A stretch of DNA of 64,000 nucleotides from an uncultured virus (IMG/VR IMGVR_UViG_3300021373_001770) (lineage: Duplodnaviria; Heunggongvirae; Uroviricota; Caudoviricetes): the IMG/VR virus record IMGVR_UViG_3300021373_001770, positions 1-64,000 of that record, one strand, 5' to 3'. Made by a program: the position numbers and the translations under genes. The stretch's first letter is position 1, and every line of letters begins with the position of its first letter. Positions 8,685-16,948 of this stretch are shown one piece after another. The notes under the pieces were generated by a model that saw only the letters and a program-made list of their open reading frames with translations, was not told the DNA's origin and ran no database searches.

Positions 8685-8700
8685 GTGTCACCCGTGACAC
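8685..8700. promoter_or_regulatory. Perfect dyad GTGTCAC-CC-GTGACAC (operator-like)
   Basis: 7-bp arms with a 2-nt spacer, intergenic. Confidence 0.4.
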
Positions 8701-8702
8701 TT

Positions 8703-9548
8703 TTAATTTATAAATCTATGTAAATCTGATGGTTCAAATACATATTCAGGAGTATTGACATAATTCATGTCATCTAATGAATACCATACATCATTTGTAA
8801 CCGGATTTAATAAGATGTGTTGTTCTTGAGCTGGCATATAGCTTTGGGCAAGCATAAATATTTTATGACCATTGCTGTTAACTGCCATATCTACTACTGT
8901 AATAGCATGACCAGGAAATCCTCCAGTGATAAATACATCACCGGTTTTCATTTCCCAATAGTTAACATCCTTTGTATCATATTTCTCTATTGAGTATGTA
9001 CCTGCATAACTCCATATTAGATCTAACCAACGTCTGAATGTTTTACAAGTATCTTTACGACTTTTGCCCCATACTGTAGCTATATCACGTCCACCATTGA
9101 CTGGTGTTGGTGATGCTCCTCTAAGATAATCTAGATAACTTGATTTATATCCGTTTGTAAAACTGAATTTTAATTTATCTAAATTACCTTGAGAATAATT
9201 ATAAGATGCTCTCAAGTATATAGCAGCATCAGCACAGTGATGTAAATCTCTTTTACCGATATCATATTTAAATACTGCTGCGTATATATAATTATTGTGT
9301 TTAACACTACCATTAAAGTATTTTACTTCTGTTTTTTCCTTTAAAGGATGATCAGTTAACCAATCAGCATAATCTGACTCAATGAGTCTTTCATATCCTG
9401 ATGGTAACTGAAACAAATTTTTGATGCTTAAGTGGTTGTGTTTGTTATACGTTTGTCCTTGACATTGCATAACGAAGCCCAGTGCTATTATAAGCGTTAT
9501 TAAATAAACTGTGCCTCCATTAAAACGGGTATTATTATTTAGACCCAT
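8703..9548 (-). CDS. DUF4846-family exported protein (papain/NlpC-P60-like Cys-His)
   Basis: Signal peptide, plus DLHHCADAAIYLRA, GDVFITGGFPGHAITVVDMA and FMLAQSYMPAQ. Confidence 0.75.
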   Translation of the reverse strand: MGLNNNTRFNGGTVYLITLIIALGFVMQCQGQTYNKHNHLSIKNLFQLPSGYERLIESDYADWLTDHPLKEKTEVKYFNGSVKHNNYIYAAVFKYDIGKRDLHHCADAAIYLRASYNYSQGNLDKLKFSFTNGYKSSYLDYLRGASPTPVNGGRDIATVWGKSRKDTCKTFRRWLDLIWSYAGTYSIEKYDTKDVNYWEMKTGDVFITGGFPGHAITVVDMAVNSNGHKIFMLAQSYMPAQEQHILLNPVTNDVWYSLDDMNYVNTPEYVFEPSDLHRFIN

Positions 9549-9883
9549 TTTAATTCAATTGTAAAGAATGGTAGTACAACTAATACAGCCATACCTTTTC
9601 CATATCCTTTAGTATCTACGGCTAACGCTAAGCCAAATACTGGTGCAAATTCAAATTTAAACTTTGGTAACATATCTGTTTTACTCATAAATGATGCAAA
9701 AAATATACAATTTATATATGTTCCAATAAGAATTGTTAATAACCCTAATCCTAAGAGATAATGATCACCTGTGATCATGCTATCACTTCTATCAAGGGTT
9801 AAATTTCCCAAAGTTATTGTAACTATAATTGGTAGTAGTACTACGAAGAATAGTTTTACGAATGATTTCAACATTATTTTCAT
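9539..9883 (-). CDS. Membrane protein
   Basis: Two clear hydrophobic helices. Confidence 0.7.
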   Translation of the reverse strand: MKIMLKSFVKLFFVVLLPIIVTITLGNLTLDRSDSMITGDHYLLGLGLLTILIGTYINCIFFASFMSKTDMLPKFKFEFAPVFGLALAVDTKGYGKGMAVLVVLPFFTIELKWV

Positions 9884-9912
9884 TTCTATTAATTATTTAA
9901 TTAGTTACTTGA

Positions 9913-10386
9913 TTAATTTTCTGTTACTGTATCTCCATTGTTATAAAACGTGTCTATATCAAATGGCACAAGAAATCTATTCCATTGATTACCGACTTGA
10001 TAATCTATTTTATCTTGTTGATTTATGTAATCTATATTAGTTATTACTATAACATCTATATCAATTACAAATGTATCAACTAAATTTCCTGATGCCCATT
10101 GCATAAATTGTTCTGCGTCACTGGATATATTAGTATTTTGTGCATAGTCTAACCATTGATTCCAAACAAATTCATATTTGGTTTCTGCGGTTATACCATT
10201 GCTATCTATACTATAGAAGCCTAGTAATATATACATGGTTTCATTATTCTGAGCAAAACTATATGCTTCAGAGAATACTTTGACTGTGTCTGTATTCATT
10301 TGATTTACCTCTGGTGTAAACAAAGGCTCTTGCTCACAGCTAGTAATCATAACTGCAAGCAAGAATATTTGCATTATCTTCCCCAT
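9913..10386 (-). CDS. Lipoprotein
   Basis: Signal peptide II MGKIMQIFLLAVMITSC followed by acidic EQE. Confidence 0.7.
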   Translation of the reverse strand: MGKIMQIFLLAVMITSCEQEPLFTPEVNQMNTDTVKVFSEAYSFAQNNETMYILLGFYSIDSNGITAETKYEFVWNQWLDYAQNTNISSDAEQFMQWASGNLVDTFVIDIDVIVITNIDYINQQDKIDYQVGNQWNRFLVPFDIDTFYNNGDTVTEN

Positions 10387-10538
10387 TTGGATCTCTTATG
10401 TTTTTTAGGTTTCCAATAGTTCTTCTTAGCGAACTTTTTCTTTTGGTTTACAGCTCCACATGATCTTGACGATCCACAGGATTGTAATACTGGTGCAGCT
10501 ATAAATAAGAATGCACATAAATAAAGAATCTTTCTCAT
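10374..10538 (-). CDS. Small basic lipoprotein (54 aa)
   Basis: Manual translation MRKILYLCAFLFIAAPVLQSCGSSRSCGAVNQKRKK...; lipobox LQSC. Confidence 0.65.
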   Translation of the reverse strand: MRKILYLCAFLFIAAPVLQSCGSSRSCGAVNQKKKFAKKNYWKPKKHKRSKWGR

Positions 10539-10550
10539 AATACTTGTTTT

Positions 10551-10835
10551 TTAGTTGTAACTATTAGCATACTCTAGAAAGTCTAATGTATGTTGATATG
10601 TTACAGTGATTAATTGATTTTGTTTAGCTAGGTATCTCAACGATTCATTATGCTCAAGTTCTAACTCAAGCTCTACTAATGATGGAGAACCTATTTCTTT
10701 ACGGTTTACACGACTATGTTCCATATCTCCTGTAAAGAGATTAACGAACTCATCTTGTTCACGGCTATATAAGATAATACCTATGGCATTACCCCATGTA
10801 GCAAATTTTTCTGGATAATTGATTTTTACTTTCAT
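10551..10835 (-). CDS. Hypothetical protein
   Basis: ORF track, 94 aa; leader AAAAACAAGT-ATG. Confidence 0.7.
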   Translation of the reverse strand: MKVKINYPEKFATWGNAIGIILYSREQDEFVNLFTGDMEHSRVNRKEIGSPSLVELELELEHNESLRYLAKQNQLITVTYQHTLDFLEYANSYN

Positions 10836-10989
10836 ACTTGTTTTTATTAATGATTATTAGTATTTCTTACGGTTAATAGTTCTATGTGAGTTCAACTTCT
10901 GTTGTTTCACTTGCCTTTTTACTTTTATACTTCTAAATGTTGACATACGATTTGGGTATTAGTGGTTACTTGCAATATTGCGGGTACTA

Positions 10990-11136
10990 TGTCTATTATC
11001 CTATAGAGGAATAGACAAACTAACATATAACTAGAGTGCTTATCCTTCAATTCCACACAAGTCAAAGAAGGCTGATACTATTTCAGAATAATCAGTGGTA
11101 TTGCTTGACTCATTGCTCTAGTTATTGTTATGTTAG
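10990..11136 (-). ncRNA. Candidate structured non-coding RNA (long nested hairpin plus small hairpin)
   Basis: Nested pairings CTAACATA/TATGTTAG, ATAACTAGAG/CTCTAGTTAT, AGTCAA/TTGACT and CTGAT/ATCAG. An adjacent TGTCTATT/AATAGACA hairpin is present and there is no long ORF. Confidence 0.5.
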
Positions 11137-11280
11137 CTATATATATATTATACGTTGCTTTAGTTTTTTTCAAGTGGTAATAAGTGGGTTTTTGTGGGGT
11201 TATTGACCACACATTCTCTGTGCAATGCACACAATTAATTAAATATTAGTTGAGAAAAATGCTAGATAGTAACGTTTATT

Positions 11281-11313
11281 ACAAAAACAAGGGTTTTACC
11301 CCTTGCTTTTTGT
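11281..11313 (-). terminator. Intrinsic terminator
   Basis: CAAGGGT-ttt-ACCCTTG-type stem flanked by A and T runs, directly after the stop at 11317. Confidence 0.7.
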
Positions 11314-11316
11314 GAA

Positions 11317-11652
11317 TTAGATTGGTTCAGCCCAAAACATTCCTGTTTCTTCACCGGTTTGTGTGTCAAGAACAGGATTACTGCTAAGCTTCCACTCCGG
11401 TAGCAAATCATCCTTATTTAGCGTGGACATAAAGTCCCGTGCTAAAGGATGGTCAGCTGTGACCTTATTGCCATCACTATCCTTAACAGATAGCAACCCA
11501 AACACACGGTTAGGCTTTGATGCAATCACAGTCTTACCGGCTAATGTGGTCTTAATAGGAGCACCACTCTCCACAACACTTATGCAATAAGTGTTATTCA
11601 CTTTGTTTACGCAATGCATATGCACACGCAATTCTTTTGCTTTTTCTTCCAT
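11317..11652 (-). CDS. Early hypothetical protein, paralog of 12075-12404
   Basis: Shares the LAG, FGxLS, AxHP, LNxxDxxP, LSxNxV and TGEETxxxW motifs with 12075-12404. Confidence 0.8.
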   Translation of the reverse strand: MEEKAKELRVHMHCVNKVNNTYCISVVESGAPIKTTLAGKTVIASKPNRVFGLLSVKDSDGNKVTADHPLARDFMSTLNKDDLLPEWKLSSNPVLDTQTGEETGMFWAEPI

Positions 11653-11763
11653 AATGTATAAATTTTAAGATTCAATGCATAGATGGGGAGCCGAAGGCAT
11701 AAGAATATGAGCAGATGGAAGTAACAATAGAAGAACACCGAGCAGATAGTAACAAAGAGGATG

Positions 11764-11913
11764 TTACTCCTCTGATAAATCAAACTCCTGTTTGTTTAGT
11801 TTTTTCATCAACCCGTAGAAGTGGTAATCATCCATTAGTTGATGTACTGTGCATCCAAATTTTTCTACACAGATTTGGTTTAGTGTTTCCACTTTTTGTT
11901 TTAAACCATCCAT
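11764..11913 (-). CDS. Small early protein (49 aa)
   Basis: Manual translation MDGLKQKVETLNQICVEKFGCTVHQLMDDYHFYGLMKKLNKQEFDLSEE. It has an A-rich leader and a hairpin over the stop. Confidence 0.55.
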   Translation of the reverse strand: MDGLKQKVETLNQICVEKFGCTVHQLMDDYHFYGLMKKLNKQEFDLSEE

Positions 11914-12032
11914 AGTTTTATTTTTTTAAAGTTACACTGTTAAGGTTGGGAGTAGTTAAAAAGAGGTCACACGCTCCAGTGCAGCAGCATACTACACTCA
12001 GCGTGTTATCCAATTTAATGTTTATCCCTCTT

Positions 12033-12070
12033 AAAAAAAAGAGGTGTGCTGTTACACACACCCCTGTTCT
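12033..12070 (-). terminator. Intrinsic terminator
   Basis: GGTGTG/CACACC stem with an A8 run (U8 on the minus strand) after the stop at 12075. Confidence 0.65.
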
Positions 12071-12074
12071 TGGA

Positions 12075-12404
12075 TTAGGCTTGTTCAACCCAACGCAAGT
12101 TAGTTTCTTCCCCTGTGTTCAAGTCCACTACGGCATTGTCACTTAGTTGGAAACCCGGCATTTCATCCCCTTGGTTTAATTTAGTTTGCAAGGCTTTAAT
12201 TGTTGGATGGTTAGCACGCATTACCTGATTAGTTTCAGGGTCAATGAGGCTTAATACACCAAAAGTGATGTTACCATTAGTTCTTGTTCCAACTTTCATT
12301 CCTGCAAGTTCTCCTACTTTGTTTGAGATAGGTTTGTCTGTTACGATGATTGTAGCAGTCCCTGTGTTCTCATTTACTCTTAATTTTCTGAAAAATACTG
12401 ACAT
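12075..12404 (-). CDS. First early gene, hypothetical protein, paralog of 11317-11652
   Basis: ORF track; motif-level similarity to 11317-11652. Confidence 0.8.
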   Translation of the reverse strand: MSVFFRKLRVNENTGTATIIVTDKPISNKVGELAGMKVGTRTNGNITFGVLSLIDPETNQVMRANHPTIKALQTKLNQGDEMPGFQLSDNAVVDLNTGEETNLRWVEQA

Positions 12405-12648
12405 TTTTTTAATTATTTAGATTAATATTATTTTTATGTGCATACACGTGGGGGGTACCCACCGCACATTTTTTAGCTGGGGAGCAGATTGGTAGAACCT
12501 TCTTAGAACTTAAAACACATAACTTTTGGGGGGCCGTGGGCAGAGTTTTATAGAGTAGGGGGACATGTTATGACTTAAAAATTTTTATAGGATTTAGAAA
12601 TTTAGTATATTGTCTTTATAGAAGAGTTACTAATTAAATTTTAATGGT
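12405..12648. promoter_or_regulatory. Divergent strand-switch control region
   Basis: Genes diverge here. It holds several G runs and the hairpin ATGTGC..GTGGG..CCCAC..GCACAT. Confidence 0.6.
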
Positions 12649-12954
12649 ATGCCACAGGACAAGGAAAAGGATGATATATTAGATCAGATAGAACAAATGC
12701 AGTTAGATGCAATAATACTTGAGCAGGCATATGAGAATGCTTGGTTAGTACTTTCGGGGCAGATAACATTTGATGAACTTATGGGGAATCAGTTTGAGGT
12801 GGGCCGAGAACTAATAATGCCATATGATCCTGAAAGTGGGCCGAGTGAAGATGACATTCAAAACATGATTAGTTTTTTTATAGACACTGAAGAATACGAG
12901 AGGTGTGCTAAATTACAGACAATATTAGCATCCTTTCCTCAAATATCGGAATAA
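12649..12954 (+). CDS. Protein with C-terminal UvrB/UvrC-like motif
   Basis: FIDTEEYERCAKLQ. Confidence 0.6.
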   Translation: MPQDKEKDDILDQIEQMQLDAIILEQAYENAWLVLSGQITFDELMGNQFEVGRELIMPYDPESGPSEDDIQNMISFFIDTEEYERCAKLQTILASFPQISE

Positions 12955-12955
12955 A

Positions 12956-13159
12956 ATGGCACTTAAGAAGACAAGTAAAAAGAAGAGCACCGTAAATAGT
13001 AGTGGTAATTATACTAAACCAACGCTTCGTAAAAGATTATTTAATTCAATTAAAGCTGGAAGCAAAGGTGGGAGACCGGGACAATGGTCAGCACGTAAAG
13101 CACAAATGTTAGCTAAAAAGTATAAAGCTGCTGGTGGAGGTTATAAAAGTAAAAAGTAA
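12956..13159 (+). CDS. Small basic protein (DUF5872-like N-terminal half)
   Basis: YTKPTLR...GGRPGQWSARKAQMLAKKYKAAGGGY. Confidence 0.6.
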   Translation: MALKKTSKKKSTVNSSGNYTKPTLRKRLFNSIKAGSKGGRPGQWSARKAQMLAKKYKAAGGGYKSKK

Positions 13160-13371
13160 TGAAGAAAAAGGTACTTACAATATTGTTTTTATTTGTGATG
13201 AGCTGTGGTCCAGCAAAACCATCATGGGAATATAAGAAAGCACCTGATACTTTATTTGAAGTGGTTAACGTAAAAGATAATCCAAACGTGACTAAGAATG
13301 ATAAAACTATACTAGGACTTTTATTTTCAGGCATGGTTTTATTTGTATTGCATACATTTACAACAAGATAA
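13159..13371 (+). CDS. Small lipoprotein/membrane protein
   Basis: Lipobox VMSC plus a C-terminal TM helix. Confidence 0.6.
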   Translation: MKKKVLTILFLFVMSCGPAKPSWEYKKAPDTLFEVVNVKDNPNVTKNDKTILGLLFSGMVLFVLHTFTTR

Positions 13372-13664
13372 TGGCAAAGACAAAGCAACAAAAGAGTTTA
13401 GATAGATGGACTAAACAGAAGTGGAGAACTCCTTCAGGCAAGAAAAGCTCTGAGACAGGGGAAGTATATGCACCATCTAAAACTATATCTAAACTTAAGA
13501 GTACCAAAGGAGGTAGAAAAAAATTAGCTTCGGCAAACGCAAAGAAAAGAGCTGCTACCAAAGCAGGTAAACAACATGCTAGTCATGGATTGCATAAGGG
13601 TAAGAATAGAACTGGAGCAAAAAAAACTACTCGTAAAAGAACAACTAAAAGAAAAAAGAAATAA
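13371..13664 (+). CDS. Small basic protein (DUF5872-like C-terminal half)
   Basis: QKSLDRWTKQKWRT...YAPSK; Lys/Arg-rich. Confidence 0.55.
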   Translation: MAKTKQQKSLDRWTKQKWRTPSGKKSSETGEVYAPSKTISKLKSTKGGRKKLASANAKKRAATKAGKQHASHGLHKGKNRTGAKKTTRKRTTKRKKK

Positions 13665-13665
13665 A

Positions 13666-14751
13666 ATGGGAAATATATTACAGGATATGATGGGTTTACT
13701 ATCTAGAAAAAAGGTAGTAAAAAAAGTAGACGAAACCGATCTATTAGTTTTAGGTAGACAGCCTAATCCAGAAGACAGCATGTTTGTTACACCAAAGATG
13801 ACAAATGAACTTATATCTATAAAAGATCTAAGAGCATCATTTGATGAAGGAGAAGTAACAGGTGAAGGTACAACAGATTTTGTACTTAAATTTACTGACG
13901 GACCTAACGCAGTAGTAGGTGATTCATTTATAAAATCTTATGTATATGCACCAGGAACAGGTAATGAAGAAAATAGAGTAGAAATAGAACCTCCGGCAGG
14001 ACCAAACCCAAACGTATTAATAGTAAGTAGAATTAGAACTACTACTGTTGTAACAGATAATATAGTAGCGTCAGACGGTGGCTCTGTTAGTCTATTAGGT
14101 AATGTTTCAATAGGTAATGCAAGTACAGATGAATTAAAAATACAATCTACTATAAATATATTTGATGCACCAGTAAAAGCTGGTCCTACAGCTTTTGGTG
14201 ATTTAGCGCCAGGAGCTGACTATCTTTTAGTTTCAAATGCTAGTAGTGGTCTAGAATGGAGAGCTCAAGTAGATATAGGTGGTACAGTTCAAACAACTGG
14301 TACTATTTTACCACAGGTATCTGCAGGAATATCAGGTTTTACTTATAATAGTCAGGGTGGGTTTTGGACAAGAATAGGTGATATTGTTCATGTATATTTA
14401 CGTATAAGTATTGGTACTTTTACAAAGACAGACCCATTACAAGTTTTAGCTATTCAAGATGCATTTCCTTATGACATGGATGGTAGTAGATATTTTTTTA
14501 ATGGTGATTTAATGGAATATGTAAATATTAGTGATGCAGGAACTGCTATTCCAGCATTATATATTGATAGACCTGCTACAACAGGTTCTAATTCACATTT
14601 AATTAAGTTTATACGTTCTGTAAATTATTCACTTACATCATCAAATGAAATTACAACAAATGAAATGTCTACTGGTAGTTTTGTAGTTGCCTTAAGTTTT
14701 ACATATAAGGCTTCAGGAGATACTTTAAGACAAGGAGCAGCAATTGATTAA
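13666..14751 (+). CDS. Fibre-like virion protein
   Basis: The ATG at 13666 follows the upstream stop. Beta-rich, with a C-terminal WTRIGDIVHV motif typical of fibre tip domains. Confidence 0.55.
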   Translation: MGNILQDMMGLLSRKKVVKKVDETDLLVLGRQPNPEDSMFVTPKMTNELISIKDLRASFDEGEVTGEGTTDFVLKFTDGPNAVVGDSFIKSYVYAPGTGNEENRVEIEPPAGPNPNVLIVSRIRTTTVVTDNIVASDGGSVSLLGNVSIGNASTDELKIQSTINIFDAPVKAGPTAFGDLAPGADYLLVSNASSGLEWRAQVDIGGTVQTTGTILPQVSAGISGFTYNSQGGFWTRIGDIVHVYLRISIGTFTKTDPLQVLAIQDAFPYDMDGSRYFFNGDLMEYVNISDAGTAIPALYIDRPATTGSNSHLIKFIRSVNYSLTSSNEITTNEMSTGSFVVALSFTYKASGDTLRQGAAID

Positions 14752-14756
14752 TAATT

Positions 14757-15044
14757 ATGGCAAAGAAGAAAGATCCAAGATTAGCAAGAGCAGGTGTATC
14801 AGGTTATAATAAACCTAAGCGTACCCCAAATCATAAAACTAAGTCTCATGTAGTTGTAGCTAAAGTAGGAGATAAAGTAAAGACCATACGTTTTGGTCAG
14901 CAAGGTGTAAAGGGTGCAGGTAAAAATCCTAAGTCAGCTAAAGATAAAGCTAGAAAAAAGTCATACTATGCAAGGCATAATGCACAAGATTCTAAACCGT
15001 CTAAGCTATCAGCAAGATATTGGTCTCACAAAGTTAAGTGGTAA
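14757..15044 (+). CDS. Small basic conserved phage protein
   Basis: GYNKPKRTP...KTIRFGQQG...KSYYARH...SARYWS. Confidence 0.7.
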   Translation: MAKKKDPRLARAGVSGYNKPKRTPNHKTKSHVVVAKVGDKVKTIRFGQQGVKGAGKNPKSAKDKARKKSYYARHNAQDSKPSKLSARYWSHKVKW

Positions 15045-15047
15045 GAT

Positions 15048-15290
15048 ATGACAGAGTCAAGCATTAAAAAGTTAGGTTTTAAAAAGGTAAATGTAACAGC
15101 AGAAGAATCTGGTGATACACCTTTTTATTTTTATGCATATAAAATTGGCAACATAGAACTTATTTCTAATAGCCATGATAATCTACAAGATGGGTCATGG
15201 ATAGTTGAAATACTTGAAGGAGATATACAATTTAACAATATAGGAGACGTAAAAGAACTTATAAATATACTTCAACGTAATAAATTATAA
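15048..15290 (+). CDS. Hypothetical protein
   Basis: ORF track, 80 aa. Confidence 0.65.
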   Translation: MTESSIKKLGFKKVNVTAEESGDTPFYFYAYKIGNIELISNSHDNLQDGSWIVEILEGDIQFNNIGDVKELINILQRNKL

Positions 15291-15353
15291 TAAACTTTTT
15301 TTATTTAAACATTTTTTATATATATTTGTCATTATTAACTTAAATTTATTAAA

Positions 15354-15653
15354 ATGGCAGATTTAAAAACCAATTCAGAACTATCTGATAAGAATCCTGA
15401 ACTTTCAAAGGAAGAGTTAGCACAACGCAGAGAAGAAATCACTGCATTTTACAAGGATAATATTCCACATTTAACTGTTCAAGCTGAATATGAGGCATTA
15501 CTTGCTGATATTGAGAAGTCAAGAGCAGAGCGCATGCAAGCACAAATGTTTATGGCACAACAATATGCTGCACAAAAACAGGCTGAACAACCATCAACAC
15601 CTGAAGCTGAGGCCTTTAAAGAGGCAATGAATGAAGCAGTAAAAGCAGAATAA
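15354..15653 (+). CDS. Coiled-coil hypothetical protein
   Basis: ORF track; preceded by TATATTTG (15321-15328). Confidence 0.7.
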   Translation: MADLKTNSELSDKNPELSKEELAQRREEITAFYKDNIPHLTVQAEYEALLADIEKSRAERMQAQMFMAQQYAAQKQAEQPSTPEAEAFKEAMNEAVKAE

Positions 15654-15654
15654 G

Positions 15655-16575
15655 ATGAGACTGTTAAAAAAAGGCACAACTGGTGCTGATGTTAGAACTC
15701 TTCAACAAAAACTTGGTATCAATGCTGATGGTATATTTGGACCAAATACAGAAAAACACGTTGAACGGTTTCAACTTGCACACAATCTACCAGTAAATGG
15801 AATGGTAGATAATAATATGTGGTCTCTAATTTTAAATTTAGAGAATGTTGTAATAGAAGAAATAGATGAAGACACAGACATACAACTTCAGTATTTTAAA
15901 ACTAATTTTGATCAAGTAATACACAAACATTATTTACCAAAAGGTGAATATATTACAGGACCTATTAAAAATGAGTATGTGTTTTTACATCATACAGCAG
16001 GTCATGCAAATCCATATAGATGTATTGATCATTGGGGAAGAGATAGTAGAGGAAGAGTTGCTACAGAGTTTGTATTAGGTGGTATTGATCACAGAAATGG
16101 TAATGATGAACATGATGGGGTGATGGTTCAAGCTTTTCCTGAAGGTGCACAAGGTTGGCATTTGGGTAAAACTGGTTCCGGGTGGATGAACCGTCATTCT
16201 GTAGGAATAGAAATATGTTCTATGGGTTACTTAGATAATGATCACAGAACATACGTAAACTCAAAATGCCAGTCAGAACAAGTAATTCAATTAGAAGAAC
16301 CTTTTAGAGGTAAAACTTATTGGCATAATTATTCTGAACAGCAACTTAAAGCTCTTTACAAGTGGTTATTATTTATTGCTGAAAGAGATAATATTGATAT
16401 ACGTATTGGTTTAAAGCAATACATTCAAAAGTATGGACCAACAAAAGGTTTTGGCTTTCAAGAAGACGCATATCTAGGTAAAGTAAAAGGTTTATTAACA
16501 CATACTAATGTAAGAAAAGGAAAAACGGATTGTTATCCTCATCCTGACTTAGTTGATATGATAATGAGTTTATGA
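15655..16575 (+). CDS. Endolysin: PG-binding domain plus N-acetylmuramoyl-L-alanine amidase
   Basis: LKKG...LQQKLGINADGIFGPNT (PG_binding_1); LHHTAG, WHLG, SVGIEI, LTH and KTDC (Amidase_2). Confidence 0.88.
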   Translation: MRLLKKGTTGADVRTLQQKLGINADGIFGPNTEKHVERFQLAHNLPVNGMVDNNMWSLILNLENVVIEEIDEDTDIQLQYFKTNFDQVIHKHYLPKGEYITGPIKNEYVFLHHTAGHANPYRCIDHWGRDSRGRVATEFVLGGIDHRNGNDEHDGVMVQAFPEGAQGWHLGKTGSGWMNRHSVGIEICSMGYLDNDHRTYVNSKCQSEQVIQLEEPFRGKTYWHNYSEQQLKALYKWLLFIAERDNIDIRIGLKQYIQKYGPTKGFGFQEDAYLGKVKGLLTHTNVRKGKTDCYPHPDLVDMIMSL

Positions 16576-16576
16576 T

Positions 16577-16948
16577 ATGGCAATAGTTAATAAAGTAGAT
16601 TTGAAGATGCAAGTTGATATAGATGTATCAATAAAATATCAAATACTTACATATTGTTTTTTTAATGATATACTAATAAGTAATTCAGATTTAAAATTTT
16701 TAGCTGAGCTGTCAAAAAATTCTGGAATTGAGTTAACTAAATTTTGTTTAGCTATAGTTGAAAAAGGAATATTTAAAAGTCCTCAATCAGCTAGAAATGC
16801 TATAACAAAAGCAGAAAAAAAGAATTTATTAAGTAAAAAAGGAAATAATAAAAAAACAATATCACTTAATAATGACCTCAATGTACAGATAAATGGATTT
16901 GTATTACTTGATTATAAAATTTTAGGTAGTGAATCCAAAGAGTCATAA
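16577..16948 (+). CDS. Putative wHTH DNA-binding protein
   Basis: FKSPQSARNAITKAEKKNLL helix-wing pattern. Confidence 0.5.
   Translation: MAIVNKVDLKMQVDIDVSIKYQILTYCFFNDILISNSDLKFLAELSKNSGIELTKFCLAIVEKGIFKSPQSARNAITKAEKKNLLSKKGNNKKTISLNNDLNVQINGFVLLDYKILGSESKES

Noticed and set aside
11173..11210. Hairpin with loop GTGGGTTTTTGTGGGG as another anti-leader RNA
   Set aside because: Only an 8-nt match (CCACAAAA, 27796-803), and it would need transcription opposite to the local operon.
11700..11760. CRISPR-like mini-array from GAGCAGAT...AGTAACAA repeats
   Set aside because: Only two short imperfect copies and no regular spacers; better explained as a regulatory motif.
11363..12146. Plus-strand ORFs 11363-11590, 11715-11915 and 11946-12146
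   Set aside because: They are antisense shadows of minus-strand genes and structured elements.
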